Positions 1-24,699 of a stretch of DNA of 64,000 nucleotides are shown here, one piece after another. The DNA is taken from the NCBI RefSeq assembly GCF_009914755.1, contig NC_060925.1; one strand, written 5' to 3'. A program made the translations under genes and the position numbers. The notes beneath the pieces were generated by a model that saw nothing but the letters and a program-made list of their open reading frames with translations, was not told the DNA's origin and searched no databases. This DNA is from the human T2T-CHM13v2.0 reference genome, Homo sapiens. Every line of letters starts with the position of its first letter. The stretch's first letter is position 1.

Positions 1-84
1 GGTGTGACCCACCATAACCCAGCCCCCTACTTCCTTGACTTTTATTGACGAGAAAGGAGTAAGACCTGTCCAAATGAATGCTCT

Positions 85-250
85 AAAGCAATATTTTTTC
101 CCAGCTTTTGGGGGATCACAGATTCTTTTAAGAATCTAGTGAAATCCATGAAACCTGTCTCCAGAATTCCATGTATACAGACAGACCCACAAAATCTTGC
201 ATACAATTTCAGGGAGTTCATAGGCATTCTGAGGCCCAGGTTTAGAATTC
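85..250 (+). mobile_element. MER117-like hAT-Charlie MITE
   Basis: GGGGATCACAGATTCTTTAAGAATCTAGTGAAATCCATG...AAAATCTTGCATACAATTTCAGGGAGTTCA...CCCAGGTTTAGAA matches the recalled MER117 consensus. Confidence 0.6.
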
Positions 251-539
251 ATTCCATGGAGGACCATCCGACCTTATAGTGAGATGTCAGAACCTCAGAA
301 AGAGACACCAGGACCCCATAAACAGCTCAAATCCCCAGAGAGATCTCAAGACCCTATAGAAAGAGTCTCAAGATCCAGTAGAAAGATCTGGGATCCTGTA
401 GAGGCCCCCAAGTTGCTACAGAGTAACAGCTGGGGCTTTGCAGAAATATTCTCAAGAGGCTATAGACATAGAGGAACCTCAACCTCTCATGAAGCTGGGG
501 TCCTCAAAGCAGACTTGGAGAGCTATAATTTTGGGGGGA

Positions 540-1080
<541 letters not shown>

Positions 1081-1148
1081 TAGGATGAAACAGACCCCGA
1101 GTTGCATCCTGGCCCTGCCGTTTACTAGCCATGACCTTGAACACTCAC

Positions 1149-1490
1149 CTAGAAACCCTCAGGCCTCAGCATCTCACCACCCAAAAGAGAGGGCTGGACA
1201 CCCTTCCCTCCCCAGCCTGGCCCCCGCGGCGTGCGCTCCGTGACGGGTGGGGCGCTGGCGCTTGACAGGACTCAGCCTCTCTCCCCTCCTGCGCCAGTGA
1301 GCCATGAATCCGGCTGCGGCACTTCATGAAATACTCATGGGCCGACTGCACCAGGCTTGCGGGCGGCGGGGGAGGGGGCCGGCGCGTTCGCCGTTTGCCG
1401 CAGTGACAGCTCCGCGCCGCCAGCCGGCCGCGGGCCTGGGAAGCCGCCGGTGCCGGGCGCGCTCTCGGCCTTTCCCACCCACCAGGCAGG
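1149..1490 (-). other. LUZP1: Probable non-coding first exon of the neighbouring minus-strand gene (LUZP1 distal 5' exon)
   Basis: Consensus donor TAG|GTGAGT on the minus strand (GT at 1148-1147) at the edge of a CpG island. The gene name is from recall that LUZP1 lies just 3' of HTR1D on the same strand. TSS position is approximate. Confidence 0.6.
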
Positions 1491-1800
1491 GCGTTCCCGC
1501 CAGCCGGCTTCCTGCAGCCGAGGGCCGGGGAGGAGGGACGGCGCTGAGGGGCCGCAGGGCCTGGCAGGCCTGGTTCCTGGCTTTCTCTCCGCGTTTCCTG
1601 AGCAGGACCGGCCGGGGGATGGGACCCAGCGCAAACCTCCTACCCCGGGAGCGCAGCCAGGAAATCGCGTCCTTGTTAATTCAGGTTCCTCCTTTGCGCT
1701 GAACGGGGCTGCTTTCCGTCCGCGATCAAGTGGGCATGATGCGACCCACTTATCCCAGGAGGAAGCGGAGAGACGAAATGGCAGCTCCCGACCCCACGAC
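1200..1800. promoter_or_regulatory. CpG island promoter
   Basis: High GC, dense CpG, GC-box-like runs (GGGCGGCGGGGGAGGGGGC), repeat-free. Confidence 0.9.
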
Positions 1801-2446
1801 ACAGCAAGATTCCAACCCCATGATGTCAGTGTTAACTCCATCCTATGGATGAGAAAGCTGAGGCTTTGAAAAATGAAGTGACTTATCCAAGGTCATCATA
1901 AAAATATTACTACTAATAAAATAACATGCTTACTACATACCAGGCACTGTGCTACAAATGCTCCAGGTGTTTTTTGTCATTGGGTTCCTGTAATCTATGA
2001 AGATAACTGTTGTTCCTAGTTCATAAATGAGGAAACAGAACCAGAGGCCAAGTGGCATCTCCAGTGATGCACAGCTACGAAATAACAGAGCTAGGAATTA
2101 AACTCCAGCCTCCTGTTTCCAGAGCTCAGCCTTTCTCTATCCTGCTTCAGCACTTCAGTTGAGTAACCATGACCTTGTCTCATTTGTTTCTGGGTCCTCA
2201 GAGCCTTACCGAGAACTTGACACAAAGTAAGTGCTCAGAGGTGACTAAGGGAACCTTACATGGAAGTTCACACTTAGAAGGACTGATAGGAGGCATCTGT
2301 CACGTCACCCTTTCTAGAGCCTTCAGCCAAGTGAAAACTTAGCCTCTGCCTGAATACTCACTATCATGATAAACTCTCCCCCTCTCCACACCCCCATCCC
2401 ATTCCCTTGTTGGACAAATAGATTTGGTTTAAACGTAAATGCTCCT

Positions 2447-2736
<290 letters not shown>

Positions 2737-2859
2737 TTAAATGCTCCTTTTTTTGTCCGTGGTTTCTTGTAAACAAGGCCAGGCCATTTTCCTCCCTGTG
2801 GCCACATTACATATTGCATGGTATTCTTAGCCATTCTATAAGGGTAGACGGTTCAATAA

Positions 2860-3275
2860 TTTTAAGTTCCTCGTAAACTGGGACAAGGTCAGCTGTTCAT
2901 CAAAGCTGTTCCCCTTCCACGTGTAGAGTTGTTTCTGAGAAAAGCAGCCAGACTACATTTTCCAGCACTCCTTGCTAATTAGGTACATAACTCGTGTTCA
3001 CCAGTGGGATATGGGCAGAGAACATGAATGCCATGTCCTGGCCAAAGTGGTGAAGAAGAATGTATGCTTGCTCAAAGCTCTTTTCTCTCATCTGCCAATC
3101 AGATGTCAACACCAGGGGGCCCTTGGAAGCTACAAGTTGAACGGGGCAGAGCCTTAGTCAACCTGGGTCTCACTCATCACTTGACTGAGGGGGGCACACA
3201 TTGAACTAATTTCTATTGTATTTAGGCATTGCGATTTCAGGATTTATCTATCATAGCAGTTGGCATAACTAGTAT
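2860..3275 (+). mobile_element. Old MaLR LTR (MLT1J-like)
   Basis: Degenerate MLT1 motifs (GCCATGTCCTGGCCAAAG, GAGCCTTAGTCAACCTGGGTC, GATTTCAGGATTTATCTATCATAGCAG). Confidence 0.45.
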
Positions 3276-3887
3276 GGGACTACCTTGGGCTCACTGTTGT
3301 ATCCTCCACATGACAGAGCACAGTGCTGGTTACACGAAAGATGCTCAAAAGACATCTTCAACTGTGTCCAACTGCCTCAGCTGGTCAGAAGCCATCTCTG
3401 TTCATCTGATGTCTTATGTAATGTGTTTTCCAAAAAGGGTTTCAAGGTAGTTTCATTGCAGCCTCGAGACCATTTGACTGATAATTAAAGAACAAGAATT
3501 CGGGAGCGATAAAAGCCTGGCTCAAAGGCCAGTGGGGAAAAAGGAAAGAAAGATGAAATACGGACTAATTAGGGTAGAAATGGTGGGCTGAGTTTTCTAA
3601 GGATAGTAACTGTGAAGAACAAACAAATCATGGTTCTGAGTTTCCTGGCAGTCAAAGCAAAGAGGGAACCAGGATGAGTTACAAATTGTGTAGGAAGTAG
3701 TAAACATGTGATTGAATACACAGACCCTGGAGGCAAATTACATTGTTTTGAAACCCAACTCTACCACTTACTAGTCACACGACCTTAAGCAGTTGTTTAA
3801 TTTCTCTGTGCTTCTGTTGCTTCTTCTGAAAAACAGGATAATATAATAACAAACCCCTTTCTTAGGGTCCCTGGAAGGATTAAATGA

Positions 3888-7460
<3,573 letters not shown>

Positions 7461-7640
7461 CATTTCTTCTTTTACACCCAGCTTGAGTGATTGGTTTCAA
7501 CACTGGTCTAACTGTATCATTCCTTTGCTAAATAATCTTCAATAGCTCCCTGTTGCTCCCAGGATAAAGTTCAAAGTAGATAGCTTGGTCAAGTCCCCAA
7601 GGCCCAGCTTATTTCTCCAACCCTCTCTTTCTTCTCAGGC

Positions 7641-7688
7641 ACTCTAGACTCTCAGCACCCCCGAACTCTAGACTCTCAGCACCCCTGA
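7641..7688 (+). repeat. 24-bp tandem duplication
   Basis: ACTCTAGACTCTCAGCACCCCCGA / ACTCTAGACTCTCAGCACCCCTGA. Confidence 0.9.
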
Positions 7689-8512
7689 ATCATTCACCAT
7701 TTTCAGCCTCAGACCCTTTGCACATCTGTGTGTCATGAAATGAACAGAAGTACGGATGAGCTTTCACACCTATCCTGGGCTGTGAAGCTGTTGGATTCCA
7801 TCAGCCTTACCTTCTCTGGGTGGCAGCAAAGACTTCCTGCCTTCTTGCAGAAACTTCTCTGCTGGACTGGAGTTGACCATCAACTGTCTGGAAAAGGGAC
7901 CTGTCAGGAAGAGGGCACCAGCAGTTCCAACTCTGTGTAGAGCCCCAGTAAATGAGGACCTTATCTTGTACCCAAATCTAAGTGTCAGAGGCTACCTCGT
8001 GAGCTAGGTGTCAGGGAGGTCCCCCTGCAGCAAAAGGAAGCTAGGTTTCCCACCCGGTCTGTGTGATGCCTGCATCCAGGCTCTTAGCCACTACTCCATA
8101 CTACCTCCTTGACTGAGGCAGAATTCACCTCTGTATATGTATAATGTATATGTATATATGTATAATGTATACAGTACAATGCTGTCCTAGCCTTGACCTC
8201 CCAGGCTTAAGGCATTCTCCCACCTCAGCCTCCTGAATAGCTGGGACTACAGGCATGCACCACCACACCCAGCTAGTTTTTGTGTTTTTTGTAGAGACGG
8301 AGTTTCACCGTGTTGCCCAGGCTGGTCTCAAACTCCTGAGCTCAAGAGATCCACCTGCCTCGGCCTCCAAAGGTGCTGCAATTACAGGTACAAGCCACCG
8401 CGCCAGGCTGGCTTTGCTATTCCCCGCTCACCATTCCCCCTTGCAAAGGAAAATTGATCGGAAGAGGAAGGAGCCCACCCACCTTTGATTTCTGCACTTT
8501 TTCCTGGTGCCT

Positions 8513-8531
8513 CTGCGCCACCTGGTGGCCA
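8513..8531 (-). promoter_or_regulatory. CTCF motif
   Basis: Minus strand TGGCCACCAGGTGGCGCAG versus consensus TGGCCACCAGGGGGCGCTA. Confidence 0.75.
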
Positions 8532-9254
8532 TATCTAAAATAAATTAGGATTTCTGAAGAAAGCTTTAAGGAGGTCTAGGGTGGGTCCACTTAACAACAA
8601 AATTCTCAACAGCAAACTTTTCATCCCAGTCCACATTTCTCTATAAGGCCCCAGGTCTCACCAGTGCCTGAGGTTATGAGAAAGGCAGAAGTGAATTTTG
8701 TCCCACTGAAGAATCTTGGGTCTGTCACTGCCCCTTCTGGGATCAGTTTCCTCATCTGTTAATAAAAAAGGCAGGAGGCCGAGTGCGGTGGCTCACACCT
8801 GTAATCCCAGCACTTTGGGAGGCTGAGGCAAGTGGATCACCTGAGGTCAGGAGTTTGAGACCAGCCTGGCCAACATGGTGAAACCCCATCTCTACTAAAA
8901 ATACAAAAATTAGCCGGGCGTGGTGGCAGCCGCCTGTAGTCCCAGCTACCCGGCAGGCTGAGGCAGGAGAATCACTTGAATCTGGGAGGCGGAGGTTTGG
9001 TGAGCTGAGATCACACCACTGCACTTCACCCTGGGTGGCAGAGCGAGACTCCCTCTCAAAAAAAGAAAGAGGCAGGAGGAGACTGGGCGCTACCAGCTCT
9101 GACATTCTAGGATTCATGTCTAAAGTGACTCTGCCTCCTCCCTTAGCTCAGTGAGCAAAATGTAAGCTCCCGGAGGGCAGGGAAGTTGCTGGCTTGTTCA
9201 ATCTCTATCCCAAGTGCATGGGCAGTGCTTTGTACATAGGAGATACTTTATTGG

Positions 9255-9620
9255 GTTTGGGGCTATATTAATAGAAGCACTGTGTGTACAGTGAGGGAGA
9301 TGATAGTCCTTCTGTCCGTGTCTAGAGAACTGTGTTCCATTTTGGGATCAGAACTTTGACTGGAACATGGAAAAAGTATAACTTATCCATAGGATGATGA
9401 ACAAGATGATGGCTGGGGGGACCTCAAAATCACATTTTATGGGGAAGAGTTGAAGGAGCCACTCTCTGACTGTGGTATATAAAATACTGAAGGGGTGCAA
9501 TGTGTCCACCTTCAAACATCTGAAGAGAGCACGTGGGCTTTGAGAACTAGGAACCAGGGGCTGCCACTTCTGGGAGACAGATTTTTCTTTCCCCAAAACC
9601 AAGGGAAGCTTTCAGTCAGA
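9255..9620 (+). mobile_element. L3/CR1 LINE fragment
   Basis: GGGCTATATTAATAGAAGC...GGGAGATGATAGTCC...CTGTGTTCCATTTTGGG...CCTTCAAACATCTGAAG resembles the CR1 ORF2 3' region. Confidence 0.55.
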
Positions 9621-10059
9621 GTTCAATAAAGAACAAATATGCATTTGATCTCAGTCTGTCCCTAATGTGCTTTTAAGCTTGGCAAGTTCCCTCGTGACTT
9701 TGAACCTCAGTTTTCTCACATATAAAATGGGCATAATATGGAACATGCAGGAACATGCAGGCCTCCCAAAGTGCTAGGATTACAGGCATGAGCCACCACG
9801 CCTGGCCAAGTTCTAAGTTTATCTTCAATTTGACTTTTTTTTTTATGTTATGAGGGAATCATAGAAAGCATGTTTAAAGTGCCGAGTGGGCCAGGCACAG
9901 TGGCTCATGCCTGTAATCCCAGCACTTTGGGAGGCTGAGGTGGGCGGATCACGAGGTCAGGAGTTTGAGACCAGCCTGGCCAGTATGGTGAAACGCCCAT
10001 CCCTACTAAAAATACAAAAATTAGCTGGGCATGGCGGCAGGTGCCTGTAATCCCAGTTA

Positions 10060-10222
<163 letters not shown>

Positions 10223-10683
10223 CTAGTTTTGGGTTAGTGTAGCTATGGTTAAAAAAATACAGAAAGGGTAGGGAGCGGTGGCTCATGCCTGTAATCCCAG
10301 CACTTTGGGAGGCCGAGGCGGTCGGATCACGAGGTCAAGAGATCGAGACCATCCTGGCCAACATGGTGAAACCCCGTCTCTACTAAAAATACAAAAAAAA
10401 AAAAAAAATTATCTGGGTGTGGTGGCGCATGCCTGTGGTCCCAGCTATTCAGGAGGCTGAGGCAGAATAATCGCTTGAACCCAGGAGGTGGAGTTTGCAG
10501 TGAGCCGGGATCGTGCCACGGCACTGCAGCCTCGCGATAGAGCGAAACTCTGTCTTAAAAAAAAAATAGAGAAAGGTGATGAGCACCCTCTCAAACAACT
10601 GGTACAAGTGTTGCCAAGGAGGTGGTAGAGGCTGATGGCTAGCCATGCTGGCTCTCAGGTCATACTGCTAGATGTAATTCTGA

Positions 10684-10881
<198 letters not shown>

Positions 10882-11652
10882 TAGAGATGGGGTTTCACCA
10901 TGTTGCCCAGGCTGGTATCAAACTCCTGAGCTCAAGGAATCCGCCCACCTAGGCCTCAGAAAGTACTGGGATTACAGGCTTGAACTATCATGCCCGCTGT
11001 CTTTGCTATTTAGTTGCAGCAATACCTTGAGTGAATTACTTAACCATTCTGAGTCTCAGTTTACCCATCTGCAAAATGGGGATAATAGTAGTTCCCACTT
11101 CACCAATTATAATGCATAAGCTGCTGCTCTGATGTTAGAGATCTGATTGGGGTTGTCCTGGATGACCTTGAAGGCCCTCTCCCATCTGATACCCTCTAGG
11201 TCTAGAATTCCTACTCCTTCCCTTGGGAGCAAAATAGACGGGGGCCAGGGAAGCAGGTAAATGCACTATCTTAAGACCCTCAGATGCAGAGGACGACTCA
11301 CATCTATCCTTGCCAGTGACCGTGTAAAAAGGGCACTTCTGCCTTCCTCCCCTCAGTCCACCTCTTCCTGTGACAGGTGGCTGGAATGCACCTGAGGGAG
11401 CTGAGGGCGTGGGGTGCAGCACAGGCTTGGTGGAGGACCGGCTGTCTGGCTTTGTAATCTGTTTCATGCACTTTGGTCCCCAGATGAACTGTGAGCTCCA
11501 TGAGGGACCCAGCTGCTGTATGGAGAACAGAAATTAGTCAACAGCATGGGGAGGATCAATGGGGAGGATCAGAGGTTGCCAACTGGTGGCCCAGAGGCCA
11601 AACCTTGTTCACAGGCTTGTTTGGTGATCTACATAGTTGCACCGTGTTTTCT

Positions 11653-11655
<3 letters not shown>

Positions 11656-11704
<49 letters not shown>
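11656..11704 (+). repeat. (TG)n microsatellite
   Basis: About 21 TG units. Confidence 0.95.
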
Positions 11705-12423
11705 TTAGTTAATTCCTTATAAGCTAACTGTGGCCTAGTCTCATTCAATAACCTCCCCCAGTTTTGAACGCTCCAGAGTTGAGCATAGGCCCCAACCACC
11801 CTGAGGTTAACATTATTATTACCCACATTGTACAGAACAAACTGAGGCAGAGAGACATGAAGCAAGACTGTGGAAAAACTGGGACAGGTTCATTGGTTCC
11901 CAGATCAGTGCTTTCTTCACTGCTTTATGCTGCTCCTCAAAGCCACATGCCATTTTGACCCTGGCCATATCCCCTGGGGGTTAAGAGTGAGGATTCTGGG
12001 CTGCAGCTGTGTCTTGAATTCTGGTCCCACCACTTATCAGCAGGTGAAAATGGGCAAAGTATTTAATTTCTTGGGGCTTCCAGTTCCTCATCTGGAGGAT
12101 AGTAATAGGACCAACTTCATGCAGGTTAAATGAGTTAACGCTCATAAAATGCTTAGGGCAGTACCTAGGTACACAGTAAGTGCTCAATAGACACTTGCTA
12201 TTATCGTTACTTGAGTACTGGCTGTGTGCCAGGTACTAAGAGTACAAAGATCAATGAAATACCCTGCGGGGCTCCTAGTCTGATGAGAGATCATGGGACA
12301 GTGACATGCACCCTAAGGATGCTGACTGAGAAAGCAGAGGTGGGCCACGGTGCCCAAATATTTACTCAAACGTCAGGATTCACCTCCTGCGGGCTGCAGC
12401 CCGTTGCCATTTAAGCTGACCTG

Positions 12424-15385
<2,962 letters not shown>

Positions 15386-15592
15386 GTGGCCACTGAGCTC
15401 TTAATCATCACGCTATCCTTACTTTCTCACATCCTGATAGGAGATAACAAGTGCCAAGGCTGGAGCGTGGGACCTGGCCTGTGGTAGGTGCTCAACAAAT
15501 GCTAGAGACTGAATTGAGTTGAATGGTTTCTACATCCAGGGAGAGGGGGAAAAATCACCCAAAGACATTACTGGCCATGATGTCTCATGCTT

Positions 15593-15598
15593 TTTATT
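15593..15598 (-). terminator. HTR1D: HTR1D polyadenylation signal AATAAA (cleavage ~15573)
   Basis: Plus TTTATT is minus AATAAA, followed on the minus strand by a GU/U-rich element (TGTCTTTGGGTGATTTTT). Confidence 0.85.
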
Positions 15599-16236
15599 TG
15601 ATAAGACTCAACATCTCTAATGAGTTTTCAGATCTCTAATGAGAAAGAGATGTTAAAAAAAAATTCAGAAAAAAAATTCAGAATGGTGTCCCACTCAAAG
15701 CTTGCGGCGGGTGGGGGGTGGGCGTCTAAAGCCGGTCAATCTACCTCAAAGGGGTGATCATGGGTTTCAACTTCAGAATGTGAAGATGGCGCAGGCATAT
15801 TGGGGAAGAAGGAAGGGTACAGGGTAGTCAATCTGGTCCCAACCATCCTACCCCCGCTACCCCTAACTTCTGAATCTCTCTCCAAGTCACTCTATATCAT
15901 CGGCACTGCAAATACTGTCTTTCTCTTCACGGACAACTGGGAGAGATTTAATCTAAGAAAGACTCAGTGGAAGAAACGCATGGATATTATTTTCCAATCA
16001 AGGTGCCACACAGAATGGAGACCCATCCTGGCTCCAAATTCTCTTTCAATTCAGGTCATTAATCTTATTCACCCTCCTTTAAGCTCCATATAGATCTCAG
16101 GTAGACCAGAGAGCCTTCCCTCTGAGTCTGGGGTCTTTTCTATAATCAAACAGTTTCTCACCTGAACTGTATCAACCAGGAATCTTGTAGGTCACACACT
16201 TCTTCCAACAAAGAGGAACTGTGAAAACATTATGTT

Positions 16237-16543
<307 letters not shown>

Positions 16544-16763
16544 CTAAGTAGTGAAATCTTCAGTCCTGCCCCCCGCCCCCCACCACCCACAGCTCTTTCA
16601 GAAGTTAAGAAAACAACAGGAAAAAGAACAATTCTGTTGATTGAACCAAGACTCAAGATATCATGAATTAATCCAAGTCTCAGAAAATAATTAAAAAAAA
16701 AAAAAGACAATCCCGATGAGGTTACAGGACACAAAAGATAACAAGAGTCATCACCGAATAAGA

Positions 16764-17897
16764 CTAGGAGGCCTTCCGGAAAGGGACAATTTTCTGAAAA
16801 GCTTGCCGAAACTCTTCATTAAACACAGTGTAGATTATTGGATTGATGAGGGAGTTTAAATAGCCTAGCCAGGTGAAGAAGTCAAAGAGCGCCGGGTGGA
16901 TCCAGCAGGAGTCCCGGCAGATGGGGAGGACCAGAGACACCACGAAGAAGGGCAGCCAGCAGATGATAAAGGCCCCCAGAATGATGCCCAGGATTTTAGT
17001 GGCTTTCCTTTCTCGAGCAGCAGAAATCCTCTTGCGTTCCAGGGCACTGTCAGCAAGCTTGATTTTCACGTGGTTGAAAAAGAGAGGGGAGCCAGCCGAG
17101 TGCGAGTGCCCCTCATGGAGGCTGGAGTTGAGCGAGCAGAGCGAGGACCCGGCAGAGCCTGTGATGAGGTGGGCCGTGGTGAAGCGCTTCCCATAGAGTG
17201 AGGGTGGATTCAGGATGCGGTTCCGGGCAGCCCGGTAGATCCGGCCATATAGGATGATGAGCAACACCGAGGGAATGTAGAAGGCCCCACAGGTGGAGTA
17301 GATGGTGTAGGAGATCTGAGAGGTGTTCACCAGACAGTCCGACATCTCCTCCTGGGCCTTGGCCTGCCGCCAGAAGAGCGGGGGGATGGAGATGCAGATG
17401 GAGATGGCCCAGACAATGGCGATCATGGTGGCCGCGTGGCCAGCCGTCCTGCGTTTACTGTATTCCAGGGCATCTGTGATTGCCCAGTACCTGTCCAGAG
17501 CAATGACACAGAGATGCAGGATGGAGGCTGTGCAGCACGTGATGTCAGAGGACAGCCAGATGTCACACAAGATTTGGCCAAAGTTCCAGGTGTGGGTGAT
17601 GGTATAGGCGATGCTGATGGGCATTACCAAGATGGAAACCAAGAGGTCGGTGGTGGCCAGGGAGCCAATCAGGTAGTTGGCAGGGGTGTGGAGCTTCCTG
17701 GTGAGTAAGATGGTGGTGAGTACAAAGGCATTGGAGAGGACTGTGGCCAGTGTGATGACGGAAAGGACCACGGCAAGGGAGATCTTGAGCGCCTGGAGGG
17801 TCCTGGGATCCCAAGCCTCTGAGGTTTCTGTGGCATTCAGGGATCTGTTGGAGGCCTCCTGGGGAAGGCCTTCTGCTGACTGGTTCAGTGGGGACAT
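16764..17897 (-). CDS. HTR1D: 5-hydroxytryptamine receptor 1D (class A aminergic GPCR), 377 aa, single coding exon
   Basis: [23 protein letters not shown]...VPFRKAS. Seven TM segments, TM3 Asp (WLSSDITCC), DRY, CWLPFF, NPIIY and three N-glycosylation sequons. 1134 nt from ATG to TAG. The track's start at 17951 is a TTG codon. Confidence 0.99.
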   Translation of the reverse strand: MSPLNQSAEGLPQEASNRSLNATETSEAWDPRTLQALKISLAVVLSVITLATVLSNAFVLTTILLTRKLHTPANYLIGSLATTDLLVSILVMPISIAYTITHTWNFGQILCDIWLSSDITCCTASILHLCVIALDRYWAITDALEYSKRRTAGHAATMIAIVWAISICISIPPLFWRQAKAQEEMSDCLVNTSQISYTIYSTCGAFYIPSVLLIILYGRIYRAARNRILNPPSLYGKRFTTAHLITGSAGSSLCSLNSSLHEGHSHSAGSPLFFNHVKIKLADSALERKRISAARERKATKILGIILGAFIICWLPFFVVSLVLPICRDSCWIHPALFDFFTWLGYLNSLINPIIYTVFNEEFRQAFQKIVPFRKAS

Positions 17898-17898
17898 G

Positions 17899-17979
17899 CT
17901 AGGTGGCTCTCTCTTCCCACAGACCTCCACACATTTGGCTCCTTCCTTCAAGGTTGTCCTGACAACAGAGCAAAGTCAT
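17899..17979 (-). other. uORF, 26 aa ([26 protein letters not shown]), ending 1 nt before the HTR1D ATG
   Basis: ATG at 17979, second in-frame ATG at 17934, junction TAG-C-ATG; translation not demonstrated. Confidence 0.6.
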
Positions 17980-18679
17980 CCTTCTGCTTCACACTGGTGG
18001 GAGCCGTACACCAGAACAGACCACAGTGAAAAGGTCTCAAGACCAGACTATTCTCTAAGTACAGTTGCAATAAAATAAAATTAAATAACAATAATAATAA
18101 TAATATTAAACAAGACCGGACTATTTGAAGAATGCTGAGACAACTACCAGCTGGTAGTTAAAGGTCTTTCCTAAACCACAGGAATCCCAAGATGTCTCAG
18201 GGTCCTGGAACTTTTCCCAGCAGATGGTCATGCCCAGGGGACACATGCTGAATTTGTTAGACAATTATCAGGGGATCACACCCAGGTGGGCAATGCCCTG
18301 GGATTCTTGCCTTTGGCATCTGGCTCTTTTCAAAGCTTGAGACATTCGTGTGTTTAATGAGAACTTCAGAATTCCCCTCACAGTAATTGAAACGATTCTG
18401 GATTTAGGGTTGCTTCTGAGGAGCTTTTAAAACTAGACACAAAAAGAAGTTCCAGCCGATTCAGAGAAGCAGTCCAGTCAGCACAGCAGCTCGCGGTTTT
18501 CCCAGGTTCATCTTGACGCATCCTAAGCTACTTAACTTCGGTTCCTATCCCACTGATCGTTTTAGAGCCTGAACAGACAAAACATCCTGGTTACCAAGAC
18601 TCGAAGAATGCATAAGCTGGGACCAGGCAAAACAAACAGATCACTGTGGGCTCACAGAGCAGGGACACATTCAGAAGAT

Positions 18680-18713
18680 CTGGGATTTAAAAAAGAAAAA
18701 AAATAGAGTTAGG
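18680..18713 (-). other. HTR1D: HTR1D intron-1 3' splice site (branch point, polypyrimidine tract, CAG); exon 2 starts at 18679
   Basis: Minus CCTAAC-TCTATTTTTTTTCTTTTTTAAATCC-CAG|ATC; branch A is ~29 nt upstream of the AG. Confidence 0.85.
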
Positions 18714-19005
18714 TTCTAGAAGGACAATGTGGAAGCCTGAAATGAACTATATGATTAAAAAGATACTACTTAAAGCTGGCCATGGTGCTGTGAAACTGGC
18801 ATTCTAAAAAGTATCAGAATACAGGGAGGGTGATGTGCCCCACCCATGCAATTCCCAGAGGGGACAAAGAGTCGTAGCTTTTGGAATCATCACAAGCTTG
18901 TTAGAAGTACATGAAATCAGCTCTGTAAGTTGTGAATCAGAAAGCATCATTTTATTTATTTAGCAACAATGGAAACAAAATAAAACTGTACACAGGGAAC
19001 GATAA

Positions 19006-24340
<5,335 letters not shown>

Positions 24341-24699
24341 TGTAATAAAATGGTGACCACAAATGTGACTTCTCTGGTTCTCTATGGTGCATCCAACCAA
24401 ATTCAGGTCTCCAGGCAACAACATCACTTCCCTCACCAGAAACAAAGTATCACTGCCCGTTTTGGTGAGAGATGTCTGCCATTGTCAGAAACCCAGACAT
24501 ACCAAGGAGCTTCCTCCCTGCCCACCCATTTTCCCAGGGGCCATGACAGCAGCAGCAGAAGCAAGGACCTTTCTCGGCCCCCACCTCCACCTCCAGGCCA
24601 CAGCATCTCCCCTGAAGTCCAGATCACATGGACTCCAGCCACACCATGCCTCTCCCAGCTCTGGCATCTCTGAAGAGGGGTGGAAAGAGAAAAGCAGAC

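Noticed and set aside
1304-1869. 132-170-aa ORFs in the first CpG island
   Set aside because: Same GC-richness artefact
17898-17951. 18-aa N-terminal extension of HTR1D (395-aa ORF in the track)
   Set aside because: It starts at TTG, not ATG. The known receptor is 377 aa starting MSPLNQ, and there is an in-frame TGA at 17978-17976.
16873-18078. Several 90-133-aa plus-strand ORFs antisense to HTR1D
   Set aside because: Expected shadow of a GC3-rich coding strand; no recognisable domains
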